NCBI GenBank assembly: GCA_046753945.1
Contig: JBHHUW010000003.1
Location: 1 to 46,277 of the forward strand
DNA length: 46,277 nt
Direction: 5' to 3'
From: Thermodesulfobacteriota bacterium
GTDB lineage: Bacteria; Desulfobacterota; GWC2-55-46; JADFVP01
The notes under the pieces are model-generated. The model saw only the letters and a list, made by a program, of their open reading frames with translations. It ran no database searches and was not told the DNA's origin. Position 1 is the stretch's first letter. Each line of letters starts with the position of its first letter. Positions 8,876 to 19,671 of this stretch are shown one piece after another. The translations under genes and the position numbers were made by a program.

Positions 8876-10513
8876 CTACTCCACATAACCAAGGTCACGG
8901 AGCCTCTTTCGCACCGCCTCTTCCTCCTCGGGCTCGTATCCGGCCGGGGCACTCTTACCATCGCTTGCGGAAGGTGCGGATTTGACGACATTTTTTTGCC
9001 CTTTCAGCGCCTTCAGAAGGACACTTCCATCCATGTCCGAGGGGACGCTGTAACCCATCAAATGGAGTATGGTGGGGGCCAGGTCCATGATGGAGGCACC
9101 TTTAATCTCACCGCCGCGCACCTCGGGGCCGCTTAAAAAGAGGACGCCGCTCTCACGGTGGTCTCCGCTTATGGTCCTGTGTTCCTCAGTAAGAAAACAG
9201 GGCGCAACCTCCTGGCCATTACCGGCGGTAAGGCCGCCGATGGCCGCATCAGGCCGCCACCTTACTATAAGGTCCGGGCTCATCTCCGTCATATCACCTT
9301 CGTAGACATCTTCTCTCTTTAAGACCCTCTCCACTACGGGCTCTCCGCTTTGCGGGTCCCTCGTCTCCATAAGCCCGCGTATAATCTCTTCCCTCAGGGC
9401 CTCGTACTCGCCGGGTTCCACGACCCCCTCGGGTTCCCTACCCTTCAGGTTTATATATATCCCTTCCCTTATACCGTCGGCAAATGCCCTGGTCTTGGCC
9501 CAGTCTATACTTGAAAAAAATACCCCCGACTGCACGCGGTCTCTTAACCCGGGAAAGAGGCGCAGAAGCCTCTCCTTTGTCTTGCGCTTGAACCTCTTCT
9601 CCACCTGCCGGTAAAGCCGCCCTGTAAGGGCCCTTTTATCACCTTCCATGAAACTCAGGTACCCGCTTTCCTCAAGCCAGCCGTTAAGGCAGAGGTTGGC
9701 ATATTGCCTGAACCCAAAACCATGGTCAGAGAGGACTATTACCGTAACATCTTCGGGCAGGGCAGCCATGATCTCGGCCATGGCTGTGTCTATCCTTCTG
9801 TATACCTCAGGTATGACCCGGCCATAGGGTGAGTCCTCATAATCAGGGGAACCTTTATCATAGAACTTCCAGAAGCAGTGCTGCGCCGGATCCGTATCCC
9901 TGAAGACAACGTTAAAAAAGTCCCAGGGATATTTTTTCATCAAGTAGAGCGTGGATGCCTTCCTGTTCTCTATGGACTCGTAAAGCAGCTCCTCTGCCCT
10001 GGCAAGGTCCCCGGCCATGACATGGCTCGTAATACCGGGCTCCATGATGTAACGGCCAAGGGCTCCCTTAAGCTCTTCGTAAAGCCCGGCGGGGTAAGTA
10101 AACCCCTTTGCCTCAGGCCCGGGGGACTCAAGCCCGGCCATAAGAAAGCCGTTGACCTTCTCTGCCGGGTAGGTCATGGGCACGTTGACAACTCCCACCC
10201 TGGCCCCCTTACCTGAGAGGATAGACCAGAGCGAGGCGGCCTTTCTGTCCGAGGCGTTTATGAAGCGTACGCCGTAGCAATCCCTCTTTTTTTCGTAAAA
10301 CTCGAATATTCCGTGCTTGCCGGGATTAACGCCTGTTAAAAAAGACGTCCACGCCGAGGGACTTATGAGGTTTGGCGTTGAGAGTAGCTCTCCAAAGGCC
10401 CCCTGGTCCATGAGCCGGGCGAAGGCGGGCAGCTCCCCTGCCTTGACCATGGGGGTGATGACATCAAAGGTGGCGCCGTCAACGCCTATAATAAACACTC
10501 TACGCTTCATCAC
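8876..10513 (-). CDS. Alkaline phosphatase superfamily protein (COG3379-like) with C-terminal LRDLGY tail
   Basis: GVDGAT, STPNLISPSAWTSFLTG, DTDPAQH, LSDHGF, SGDHR; ends YEPEEEEAVRKRLRDLGYVE. Confidence 0.9.
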   Translation of the reverse strand: MMKRRVFIIGVDGATFDVITPMVKAGELPAFARLMDQGAFGELLSTPNLISPSAWTSFLTGVNPGKHGIFEFYEKKRDCYGVRFINASDRKAASLWSILSGKGARVGVVNVPMTYPAEKVNGFLMAGLESPGPEAKGFTYPAGLYEELKGALGRYIMEPGITSHVMAGDLARAEELLYESIENRKASTLYLMKKYPWDFFNVVFRDTDPAQHCFWKFYDKGSPDYEDSPYGRVIPEVYRRIDTAMAEIMAALPEDVTVIVLSDHGFGFRQYANLCLNGWLEESGYLSFMEGDKRALTGRLYRQVEKRFKRKTKERLLRLFPGLRDRVQSGVFFSSIDWAKTRAFADGIREGIYINLKGREPEGVVEPGEYEALREEIIRGLMETRDPQSGEPVVERVLKREDVYEGDMTEMSPDLIVRWRPDAAIGGLTAGNGQEVAPCFLTEEHRTISGDHRESGVLFLSGPEVRGGEIKGASIMDLAPTILHLMGYSVPSDMDGSVLLKALKGQKNVVKSAPSASDGKSAPAGYEPEEEEAVRKRLRDLGYVE

Positions 10514-11382
10514 AAAAACCTATTTTTTTTAGCCGCAGCTAATATCTCAAACTCCCTGTGGGTTATCTGCTCCAGAGATGTCAGGCCTCTTACAAGCAGC
10601 TTCTCTATCTTGTTACCTCTGGCCTTTACCACCGGAATAGTCTTTTTTCTGAATTCTACTATTTGAAATCCAGCCTTATTGAAGAGCAAATTCAAGGTCT
10701 GCTGAGAATAATAAAAAAGGTGGAACTCGTGGTAGAGCTTTTTTACAGGGTACTTAAATATGCCGGCTGTCGACTTATAGCACACATGCGCCATGAGCCT
10801 CATAAACGATTGTTCGTTCGGTGTATCAAAAAGCAATATCCCATCATCAGCGAGTATTCGTCTTATCTCCTTCAACTCATCTAAAGGGTCTTCAAAATGC
10901 TCTATTACATCCCATAAGGTAATGACATCAAAGTAGGCGTCTGGAAAATCAGCGCTCTTTATCGAACCCGCATAACATTTAAATCCGAACTGTTCGCTTA
11001 CGAATTTGGCGGCGAACTCAGAGACATCAACACCGACGACATCCCACCCCCGTTTCTCTGCAAGAGCGAGAAATACCCCGGTTGCGCATCCTACATCGAG
11101 GAGCCTCCCGGGACTCCTATACGACTCTATGAGGTCAAGCCCCTTTTTAAAGTCCGTAATGTTCTGGTTCTCGATTCCATCAAGAGGACTGACAATCGAG
11201 TTTCTGAAAAAATATTCTTCACGCTCCTTAAAATATTCAGAAGAGTATACTTGCGAAGCATCTTTGCCGGAAGACTTTATGTCCAATGCCACTAACCCAC
11301 ATGAAAGACACTTCAGGACATTGAACTCTTTAATTTTATATTTTATCTCAAAGTTAGTTGATTTGCAGAGCTTACAATGCAT
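10510..11382 (-). CDS. Class I SAM-dependent methyltransferase with N-terminal CxxC...CxxC zinc ribbon
   Basis: CKLC...CLSC, LLDVGCATG, FDVITLWDVIEH, TPN motifs. Confidence 0.9.
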   Translation of the reverse strand: MHCKLCKSTNFEIKYKIKEFNVLKCLSCGLVALDIKSSGKDASQVYSSEYFKEREEYFFRNSIVSPLDGIENQNITDFKKGLDLIESYRSPGRLLDVGCATGVFLALAEKRGWDVVGVDVSEFAAKFVSEQFGFKCYAGSIKSADFPDAYFDVITLWDVIEHFEDPLDELKEIRRILADDGILLFDTPNEQSFMRLMAHVCYKSTAGIFKYPVKKLYHEFHLFYYSQQTLNLLFNKAGFQIVEFRKKTIPVVKARGNKIEKLLVRGLTSLEQITHREFEILAAAKKNRFL

Positions 11383-12766
11383 TTATGATACCTTCTTGGG
11401 CCTTAAGGGACTTCTTGTGAACGTTCAAGATGACAACGCTGAATGCAAAGATTATCCAGTAAGCCTCGGTCTCCAATACGTTCGAAGTCATAGCGAAAAA
11501 GCCTAACCCTGCAAGTATAGCCAGAAAACTTATCCCAATACTCCTCATATATATATCCTCGCTACTTCGAAACACATAACAAAAATTCTTTGCCGAAAGC
11601 AAATATAGACTCAAATATATAAGGAATGAAAAAATACCATTTTCAATCCATGACTGCATAAAGCTGTTCTCAGGGAGTTCGGGTTTACGCGGCACACCTG
11701 CGACCCTGTACCTGCTGTAATCCTCCAGGAAGTGGCCCGTACCATGACCTAATATCGGGTTATCCGCAATCATGTCTATCCCCATCTTGAGCCAGCCGAC
11801 CCTGTACTCCAGAGTCTTTGTGCCAGTCTCGCCGGTATATCTTCCGAACGGTGTCTTCGGCAAAACCACTGACAATGTAGCTGCGGTTAATATCATGGCG
11901 AAGACTGCACCAAATCCTATGGCCCATTTCCACCTGATTTTGCTTAGCAAGAAGAACACCCCAAGAGTAAAGAGAAAACCTATTAATCCCCCCCTGGAGC
12001 CGGTGCCAAAGATATTAACCAGGAAAATTAATATCGCTAAAACATAGAACGTCCGTTGCAACTTAGTTTTGGACAAATATGCTAAAGTAAGAGCCAGACC
12101 TGTGGGCAAGATCATAAATGCCGCATGAAAATCGGGATTGCTGGAGGTACCGCTTATCCTGACTTCGCCCGTTTCAAGCACCCAGGGCACTGCATCCATG
12201 CCAACAAGGCTCAAAACCGGCACCCCGGTAGTCAACTCAAAAATCCCGGCGGCGGCAGTGATCAGCAGGCCGCCAATAAAAAGTACATACACCGCCTTCT
12301 TAAATATTTCCTTATCCTGGATCATATTTATTATGAGAATCATCATCAGGAAGAGGTTGATTCTCCTGAGTAGTTGCCCAAACCATAGATCCTTAGCCGT
12401 GGCATTTACTACGGAAGTGAATGAAAAAACCAAATATAAAATACAAAGGACGATAATAGGGTTTTGGGTAACAACACCTATGAGCCGGGAATCTTTCGTT
12501 ACGATGGCTTTAAAGAAGTACGTAATGAGAACAAGTAGTATAACGACCTTTGCCAGCGTCAGCCCACCATCCGGCGTAATTTTGCCAAGCGCATCTAAGG
12601 GAATGACAAAGAGGGCAAAGAGGATCCCGACACTGGGCCTTATGTAAAAAAGAGCGGCCATGCCTACTCCAATCGACAGCGCAAAGCCGATAGTTACAGA
12701 ATAACCATAAACCACTCCAACAAAAAGGAAGAGAAAAAAAAGCGCAGCTCTAACGAGGAGTTTCAC
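11372..12766 (-). CDS. O-antigen ligase/Wzy-type polymerase family membrane protein
   Basis: Many TM helices; RISGTSSNPD, TGSRGG and NPILGHGTGHF motifs; probable EPS polymerase by context. Confidence 0.85.
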   Translation of the reverse strand: MKLLVRAALFFLFLFVGVVYGYSVTIGFALSIGVGMAALFYIRPSVGILFALFVIPLDALGKITPDGGLTLAKVVILLVLITYFFKAIVTKDSRLIGVVTQNPIIVLCILYLVFSFTSVVNATAKDLWFGQLLRRINLFLMMILIINMIQDKEIFKKAVYVLFIGGLLITAAAGIFELTTGVPVLSLVGMDAVPWVLETGEVRISGTSSNPDFHAAFMILPTGLALTLAYLSKTKLQRTFYVLAILIFLVNIFGTGSRGGLIGFLFTLGVFFLLSKIRWKWAIGFGAVFAMILTAATLSVVLPKTPFGRYTGETGTKTLEYRVGWLKMGIDMIADNPILGHGTGHFLEDYSRYRVAGVPRKPELPENSFMQSWIENGIFSFLIYLSLYLLSAKNFCYVFRSSEDIYMRSIGISFLAILAGLGFFAMTSNVLETEAYWIIFAFSVVILNVHKKSLKAQEGIINAL

Positions 12767-13060
12767 TTCAGAACAACTCCTCGTTATTTACCGGCTTGAT
12801 ATCATTTTGCATGAAATAATGCCTCATATCACCGCCAGCTATTTTCACGGATGACCCGGCCCTCTTCTTGCGAGTAAGAACGGGGCTTCAATATTCCCCA
12901 ACCTCTTGCCACAAAAAAGTGTAACTGTGAAGGCAACATCAGCGCCCAGGGCCAGCCTGATTTTCCGATCTATCGACTAAAAAACGTACTTCCTGCAAGA
13001 CCGCCAAGCCCCACCGGAAAGCTCCGCCGCCCTAACCTGAACAGTGACACATTGTTCGGT

Positions 13061-13199
13061 TAACGACTACCTGTCGGAAGAAGCGCCACCCTGGCCTTGA
13101 ACACAGAATCGTGATTCTTCTTCTCGCATGCCTCTCTTGCAGATTTTAGCAGATTATCAGACACAAAATATCTCTGTCTAAAATTCGGGGAGCATTATT
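13061..13199 (-). mobile_element. Degenerate IS3-family left end with frameshifted start of transposase OrfA
   Basis: Minus strand TAATGCTCCCCGAATTTTAGACAG (IS3-like terminus), GAGAGG RBS, ATG, then after a 1-nt shift KKNHDSVFKARVAL, resembling the IS3 OrfA start RxHxxxFKAKVAL. Confidence 0.55.
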
Positions 13200-13295
13200 A
13201 ACGTAGTATTTTTAATGCCGTGTATGTGAACATTGATGTAAAGAAAAACCATACAAGCCCAATACCGCACCAAATCAAATATTTGGCACGTCCCC

Positions 13296-14957
13296 TCAGA
13301 TATATCCAAGCCCTTTCAACTTTTCCCATATCTGTTTTTTATCCTCCTCTGAGTAAGACGACACCCCTTCACCATTGCCGCCTGAAGGGCCGGCATTCTC
13401 CCCTTTCCTTGGTATATTCTTCTTGATAAACTCATCCTCGAAGATCTCCTTTAAGATATTTCCGTCCATTTCTTCAGGGATTGGCAGTCCCATGGCATAA
13501 AGAATCGTAGGTGTGATATCCGCAAGGGTCGCATGTTCTATCGTTGCGCCTCTTCTTATTACACCGGGCCCATTTGCCAAAAGTATTCCATTCAGGCGGT
13601 GTGTACCGCTGTGTTCAAAGTCTGAGGAGTCTATATAGAGCTTGTCTGCGAACACATCGCCATCACCGCGCTTCAGATTGCCCTGGGTATAATAGGCATA
13701 GTCTTTCCATTGAACAAGGATATCAGGCGCCCTGTCGGTGTAGTTCCCCGTGAAGATATCCTCCTTCATATGAACCTTTTCGACTATCATTGATGCAGAT
13801 TGCGGGTCTTCAAGCTTCAACAAACGCGCCTTAATCTCATTGCAGACTTCCCCGTACGCCTCTGGACTGACAAGGCCATCACGCTCTCTACCCTTGAGAT
13901 TCAGCGAAATATTCCCATACATCCCCCAGGAATAAGCTTTTGTCTGCAACCAGTCTATCTCTGCAAAGTAGGACATGGACTCCGTTCTGTTTTTAATGCC
14001 CGGGAACCTCGATTTTATCCAGTCTCTCTGGGTTCTCGGGAGATACTTCTTTGCCACGGTCTTGCCACCGTCGACGAAGTACTTTTTAAGCGGCTTTTTC
14101 TTGTAAACAAGGTAACCGTTCTTTTCGAGCCAGTTGTTAAGATTAACAACCCGCTTGAGTCTGCCTCCTCCGTGGTCTGACATTATCATTACGATGGTAT
14201 CCTCGCCGCAGTTTTCGAGCAGCGTACCAACTGCCTTGTCCGCCATTATATAGGTATCATGGATTATATTGCCGAACATCTCGGTCTCTTCATTTACTAT
14301 CCCCTGCGCCTTCTCTTCCATCTGCCTCCAGAACATGTGTTGCACATGGTCCGTAGAACCGTATACCACTACAAAGAGATCCCACTCTCTGGAATTCATC
14401 AAATATGTGCATGCGTCCGTACGATTGTTCACTACATGCTCGACGTGTTCAACCCTGTAGGCCGACATCTTCTTACCAATAGGAAACGTACCTCTCAGCT
14501 CATAAGCACCAATCTCTTTTACAAGCTCGTCGTAAAGTCCCTCCGGATAAGTAAAATTCGTATCAACGCTTGGGGAGTCAAAGCCGGAAATCATTACACC
14601 ATTGACCTCTTCCGGCGGATACGTGAACGGCACGTTGACAACCCCGACCTTTTTACCATAAGTGCTCAGCAACCCCCAAAGAGACCTTACCTTTTTGAAA
14701 CTGCCGTTTACAAAAGCCACTTCGTATTTGTCCGGAATCCTCTCTATAAAATCATAGATACCGTGCTTCCCGGCACCGCAACCGGTCATGAAGGTCGTCC
14801 AGGCTTGAGGTGTAGTAGGATGGAGCGTAGAGGTGAGTTCTCCGCATGCGCCTTCATCCATAAGTCTCGAAAGATTAGGAAGTTTCCCACTCTCTGCAAG
14901 AGGCCTTATAATGTCCAGCGTAGCCCCGTCAAGTCCGATCACTATTACTTTTGACAT
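13296..14957 (-). CDS. Alkaline phosphatase superfamily protein (COG3379-like) with C-terminal LKGLGY tail
   Basis: GLDGAT, STLHPTTPQAWTTFMTG, STDHVQH, MSDHG, SGTHR; ends YSEEDKKQIWEKLKGLGYI. Confidence 0.9.
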   Translation of the reverse strand: MSKVIVIGLDGATLDIIRPLAESGKLPNLSRLMDEGACGELTSTLHPTTPQAWTTFMTGCGAGKHGIYDFIERIPDKYEVAFVNGSFKKVRSLWGLLSTYGKKVGVVNVPFTYPPEEVNGVMISGFDSPSVDTNFTYPEGLYDELVKEIGAYELRGTFPIGKKMSAYRVEHVEHVVNNRTDACTYLMNSREWDLFVVVYGSTDHVQHMFWRQMEEKAQGIVNEETEMFGNIIHDTYIMADKAVGTLLENCGEDTIVMIMSDHGGGRLKRVVNLNNWLEKNGYLVYKKKPLKKYFVDGGKTVAKKYLPRTQRDWIKSRFPGIKNRTESMSYFAEIDWLQTKAYSWGMYGNISLNLKGRERDGLVSPEAYGEVCNEIKARLLKLEDPQSASMIVEKVHMKEDIFTGNYTDRAPDILVQWKDYAYYTQGNLKRGDGDVFADKLYIDSSDFEHSGTHRLNGILLANGPGVIRRGATIEHATLADITPTILYAMGLPIPEEMDGNILKEIFEDEFIKKNIPRKGENAGPSGGNGEGVSSYSEEDKKQIWEKLKGLGYI

Positions 14958-14976
14958 CTATCTACCACCATTTCAC

Positions 14977-16116
14977 TCAACACTCTTCCAGCACTTTACC
15001 GTAGAGTGCCTGTGTCTCCTCGGCCATGGTCTCAACCGAAAACTTCTCTTCAAGATGCGACCTGCCCCTCTCACCCATTTTGTATAAAAGCGCTGAATCC
15101 TTGAGGATAGTGACGATCTTTTCTGCAAGCATCCTATTGTCGCCTTCCGGTACCATGAACCCTGTCTCACCATCAACCACTATCTCTCCAAGACCACCAA
15201 CGTCAGTTGCAACAACCGGCTTAGAGCAGGCCATTGACTCCAGCACAGCTATTCCGAACCCTTCTTTTTGCGAAGGCATCACAAAAACATCCATAGCCAT
15301 TATAAACGAATATATGTCCTCCTGCCAACCGGTGAATATCACCTTACTGCTTATACCGAGTTTTGCGGCCTCTCCTACAAAATCTTCTTTCAGGTTACCG
15401 TCACCAACTATTAAAAAATAAGCATCGGGAAACTCTTGAAGAACTGCCGGGGCAGCGTGTATTAACAGGACCTGATTCTTGGATTTTGTAAGCCTTCCTG
15501 CCGTCCCTATGAGCGGTGAAGTGAGGGGTATATCGTACTTCTTCCTTATAATCTCTGAAGAAACCACCCCGGACATGTCGTTACAGACTATGCCGTTATG
15601 AATAACACTTATCTTTTCGTCCTTTACACCCCTCTCCTTGATGTTCTTACGGGTTGCCTCCGAATTCGCGATAAGAAGGGTTGAATACCTCGCCATGAAA
15701 GTATCCACAAGATACCATATTTTGCTCTTGATCCATGAGCCGGTCGCATCTTGTATTTCGCTGGAGACATCCGCATGAACAGTGGTGACCAGCTTAACAT
15801 TTTTGTTTAAAATGGAAGAACGTCCGTAGAAGTTACTAACAATGCTGTGGGTATGTATGATGTCAAATCCTTCTTTACTTATAAAAGCGCTGATTTTTTT
15901 TATGAGTGAGATATCTATAGAGGACCTTCTTTGCAGCAGGTGTGTTCTGAGCCCAAGATCCCTTGCCATTTCAAGCATTGGACCATCAGAAAGAAACAAC
16001 GTTGTCACAACACATCTATTACCATTAAGGCTCGTCAGGAGCGGCAGAACGACCCTTGCTATACCTCCGACCTCCTTGCCGCTAAACATGTTTAAGACTT
16101 TAAATGTCCTCAGCAT
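14977..16116 (-). CDS. Glycosyltransferase family 4
   Basis: DIIHTH, GRLTKSKN, DVFVMPSQKEGFGIAVLESMA. Confidence 0.93.
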   Translation of the reverse strand: MLRTFKVLNMFSGKEVGGIARVVLPLLTSLNGNRCVVTTLFLSDGPMLEMARDLGLRTHLLQRRSSIDISLIKKISAFISKEGFDIIHTHSIVSNFYGRSSILNKNVKLVTTVHADVSSEIQDATGSWIKSKIWYLVDTFMARYSTLLIANSEATRKNIKERGVKDEKISVIHNGIVCNDMSGVVSSEIIRKKYDIPLTSPLIGTAGRLTKSKNQVLLIHAAPAVLQEFPDAYFLIVGDGNLKEDFVGEAAKLGISSKVIFTGWQEDIYSFIMAMDVFVMPSQKEGFGIAVLESMACSKPVVATDVGGLGEIVVDGETGFMVPEGDNRMLAEKIVTILKDSALLYKMGERGRSHLEEKFSVETMAEETQALYGKVLEEC

Positions 16117-16157
16117 GGACTTCGACCGGATTATCGGGCCAGCACATCAGTGTCATA

Positions 16158-17495
16158 TTAAAGTTCTTCAACTATAACCGGTATTCCACTCAACTTGATC
16201 TTTACCACCCCGTCTCCGACGGTATATAACTTTTCTTTCAGGCTTACCGAGTCCATACTCTTTATCCTTGCCGCCTTTACAGGCAGCTCTACCTCCTGCC
16301 CATCTTCGGACCATAGCACGTAAATATTTTTCTCATCTTTTTTTATCCTAAAGGCATAAACATCCCCGCCGAGTTCAAATCTCTTGAACTCATCATAACC
16401 ATCAATCGCTGATCTTAATTTTTTATATGTAAAAAAGGCTGGTTTTTTTCTTCCGTTCCTATCAACGAGACTTAACCTCAAATAGTTTTCTCCCCATCCG
16501 ATGGTTGACCACAGTGAACTCCAGAACATCTTATCTATACCGCTGGAAAGTGAGAGCATGTATCTCTTAACGACCTCTTCGGCATGCTTATCTTCAGAAT
16601 ACCCATAGAAAGGACCGGAATTTTCAAGGCTCCAGATAGGTTTCGTATAGCCCCTCTTCTTCATGCTTGACTTTACCCATTGGACTACAGGGGGGATGGC
16701 GTATGCGTCTCTGGAATATATGTGTACATCTATGATGTCAAAATATTCATGTGCTTCACTCAGAAAGAACTCTGCCTTATCCTTGTGGAGTCTGTATCTT
16801 TTGTTGTGCAGGAGCTGTTGGCGCTTCACCCTCTTGGGGTTATCCGTGCGGTCGCCCCTCTCAAAGTAATCTTTATCCGAAAGACCTTCTTCCAGGGCAA
16901 ACATATGTACAGCGGTGAGGGCCCCTGCGATTACAGATGCCCCGGGATCCGCCTCTTTTATAGTCTCATATGTTATCTTTAAAAACTTTACGTAGTTCTC
17001 CTTTGTATCCTTCCACTGCCACATCCATTCGCCCTCGACCTGCCAGTATTTTACCGGGGTCGTCAGGCCAGGCATGTCATCTTTACCATCCCCGTCATAC
17101 CTCTCGACGATAACACGAATAAATTTCTTCCAGGCTTCTATATCAGAAGGAAAGCCGCTCTTCGCTGTGATAGGGTCTGAACGCTTATAGCCCTTCTGAG
17201 AAGTCTCGTTTCCACCCCATGGGCTTATTGCCCTTAATGTTGCCACTATAAGTTCTGTGTCCGTGTTTTGAAGCATTTTCAGGCGCTTATCCAGACTGGT
17301 AAAATCATATTTATTTTTTACAGGCTCTATAAGGCCCCAGGCAAGTCCTGATGCCCTCACCTGCGATACGCCAAGTTCTTTTATATACTTCATCTCAAAG
17401 CCGAGTCCATGAAGCCCAAATGGATGTTTTTCGGCATGAGCCCGCACCGGGCCAAGCAGGGTGATGACAAAAAAGATAAGTAGAAGTTTCTTCAT
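16158..17495 (-). CDS. Secreted glycoside hydrolase-like protein (clan GH-A TIM barrel, GH39/GH5-like)
   Basis: Signal peptide; WGLIEP, VERYDGDG, YWQVEGE (acid/base position), DIIDVHIY, IWSLEN (nucleophile position), KKPAF. Confidence 0.75.
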   Translation of the reverse strand: MKKLLLIFFVITLLGPVRAHAEKHPFGLHGLGFEMKYIKELGVSQVRASGLAWGLIEPVKNKYDFTSLDKRLKMLQNTDTELIVATLRAISPWGGNETSQKGYKRSDPITAKSGFPSDIEAWKKFIRVIVERYDGDGKDDMPGLTTPVKYWQVEGEWMWQWKDTKENYVKFLKITYETIKEADPGASVIAGALTAVHMFALEEGLSDKDYFERGDRTDNPKRVKRQQLLHNKRYRLHKDKAEFFLSEAHEYFDIIDVHIYSRDAYAIPPVVQWVKSSMKKRGYTKPIWSLENSGPFYGYSEDKHAEEVVKRYMLSLSSGIDKMFWSSLWSTIGWGENYLRLSLVDRNGRKKPAFFTYKKLRSAIDGYDEFKRFELGGDVYAFRIKKDEKNIYVLWSEDGQEVELPVKAARIKSMDSVSLKEKLYTVGDGVVKIKLSGIPVIVEEL

Positions 17496-17624
17496 ATTAT
17501 TGGCCTTTTTCTGGATTCGTATTCAATTAGCAGCTTTCAGCTTAACAATTCAAACCACCCGAGGCAAGGTCTATTAGAGATTTCCATTGTATTTACATAA
17601 AGGGGACGCGCCAGGCGTACCAGC

Positions 17625-19670
17625 CTATGGCAGCGACACTGGAATTAACATGCCGGCCAGCTGGAAATCCTTTGTAAAGGAACCCGTGTAGATTACCCAT
17701 GCCCCGCTTCTGTTGCTTTGCCACGTGAGCTTTAATTCGTTGTTCAGGATGGCCATATCGGGACTGAGAGAATAGCTTATATCCTGAACAAGTGTCTTGG
17801 GAACAGACCAGGTGACGCCCCCGTCCACACTTTTCATGCCCTGGATATCACTGTTACCGGAGCCATAGTTTTCCCATGCAAGGAAGAGCTCTCCGCCACT
17901 GGACAATACAGACGGGTTACTCGAGCCAATTCCGTTATCGACGATAATCCTCTCCGGAGTAAAATTGATCCCGTCCGTACTCCTTGTGTAGAATATCTGG
18001 GGATACCCGTTCCTGTAATCGGTCCAAAAAAGATGTATGCCGTTTTGATCGACAACAGCTTGGGGGTTATAGGCATAACCACTGAGCGACGAGACAGGCA
18101 CCGGTATATCCCATGTCCTCCCTCTGTCGTGGCTTGTAGCTTTAAATATTCTCCACGAACCATTATTGAACATGTTGGCAAAGATCTGAATGTCTTTGCC
18201 TATGGGAAGGAATGTTAAAGACTGAACAAGGTATGTGTATGCATCGCTCTCGCCTACACTATTAACTCTAAGCTTCATTGTTGATATGGAGTGTATCTTT
18301 GTTTTCCCGAGCATGTCTCCGGGGAGCATGCGGCCTCTACGCGCCAGAAATAATTTCTGAGACTTTGCCACAAGATGGGGCTTTCCAGGATTATCCATAA
18401 CAATGTCCTGTCTCGTTGTCTCTACAACCGGCAAGGCTGTTGGCCGATCGGCAGACCATGTAATGCCATCGTCATCGCTTTTTTTAAGAAAAATACTCCA
18501 GTTATTATTTCTGTAGTCCTTCCACCCAAGGTAAAGATGGTTGCCATGGCCGGCAAATGCCTGGGAAGTAGCTCCGAAATTGTCCTTGGTCAACTGAACG
18601 CTTCCACTCCATGTCAGGCCGGCATCAGTGCTCCTCTTATAAAGTATCCTCCCGCCTCCAAGTCCATCGTCTTCCCAGACCAGATGGAGATTCAAAAGAG
18701 ATGGGACGATCTTCGGGTTCTTCGCTTCAGGGCCTATCGGTGGCGTGAGCGGGTTCACAAACATCGAGGAAAGGACCCTTCCATCTGCAAATGGCGTGCT
18801 AAAACCAAGAAACTCGCCTACAGTCGGGGCTATGTCAATAAGCCTTCCTCGCGTAGCAACTACGGCATTCTTTTTGATGTCAGGGCCAATGGCAAGCAAG
18901 AAAACTTGCTTGTCACCTTCACATATACCGCCGTGGTCATGGAAACCGCCATGCTGAGCGTCGTGCCTGCCATGGTCGGTTGTTACCAGCAGCGTAGTCT
19001 GATCCTTATAAAAAGGATCACTCTGAATCTTCTGCCATAGCTGATAGACCAAATCATCGGCCTTTTGAATTTTCAAAAGGTATGTGTCCCAATCCCCCTG
19101 GTGTCCGGCATAGTCCACATTACCGAAATTTGCAAATACCAGGGAGGGGTGATTTGTGTCCATTACATTAGCCAGTTGATCGTAAACCAGCTGGTCCTTA
19201 TCTCCTGGCGCGAAGAGTGAGGCTTTGTACGCAAGGCCATATCCTGGAAAGAAACTGTGGTCAAGATATCTCAAAAAGGTAATCTTGCCGCCTATCACCA
19301 CAGCTGTTTTTGTTTCAGGAATGTTCTTCTCCTTCCTGTAGTATTCAAAGAAGCTTGGGACGATGGGGCGGATGAAGTTATCTTTTACATTCGGCACCAC
19401 CTGATTCTTGCCTGTAAAGATTGATATATGGCCCGGGAGTGTAACCGTTTGACCTAAATTATAAAAATTTGTATATAATGTCCCCTGGGGTTTTAATATG
19501 TTGCCCATATTGGGGATATTATTGTACGTAGAATCGCCAAATGCTTCTGAGTATCTTAATCCGTCTATGACAACGACAAAGACATTTTTTGTCTGATAAC
19601 AGAAAGCCTTCGCAGGAATGAGGAATAGAATTAACGCAAAGAGCATGTATGAGAATATTTTCATAGCCAT
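17625..19670 (-). CDS. Secreted AlkP-superfamily domain fused to an Asp-box (BNR) beta-propeller
   Basis: Signal peptide; VIDGLR, QTVTLPGH, VDYAGH, TTDHGRH; C-terminal Asp boxes STDAGLTW, SDDDGITW, SHDRGRTW, SVDGGVTW. Confidence 0.82.
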   Translation of the reverse strand: MAMKIFSYMLFALILFLIPAKAFCYQTKNVFVVVIDGLRYSEAFGDSTYNNIPNMGNILKPQGTLYTNFYNLGQTVTLPGHISIFTGKNQVVPNVKDNFIRPIVPSFFEYYRKEKNIPETKTAVVIGGKITFLRYLDHSFFPGYGLAYKASLFAPGDKDQLVYDQLANVMDTNHPSLVFANFGNVDYAGHQGDWDTYLLKIQKADDLVYQLWQKIQSDPFYKDQTTLLVTTDHGRHDAQHGGFHDHGGICEGDKQVFLLAIGPDIKKNAVVATRGRLIDIAPTVGEFLGFSTPFADGRVLSSMFVNPLTPPIGPEAKNPKIVPSLLNLHLVWEDDGLGGGRILYKRSTDAGLTWSGSVQLTKDNFGATSQAFAGHGNHLYLGWKDYRNNNWSIFLKKSDDDGITWSADRPTALPVVETTRQDIVMDNPGKPHLVAKSQKLFLARRGRMLPGDMLGKTKIHSISTMKLRVNSVGESDAYTYLVQSLTFLPIGKDIQIFANMFNNGSWRIFKATSHDRGRTWDIPVPVSSLSGYAYNPQAVVDQNGIHLFWTDYRNGYPQIFYTRSTDGINFTPERIIVDNGIGSSNPSVLSSGGELFLAWENYGSGNSDIQGMKSVDGGVTWSVPKTLVQDISYSLSPDMAILNNELKLTWQSNRSGAWVIYTGSFTKDFQLAGMLIPVSLP

Positions 19671-19671
19671 T

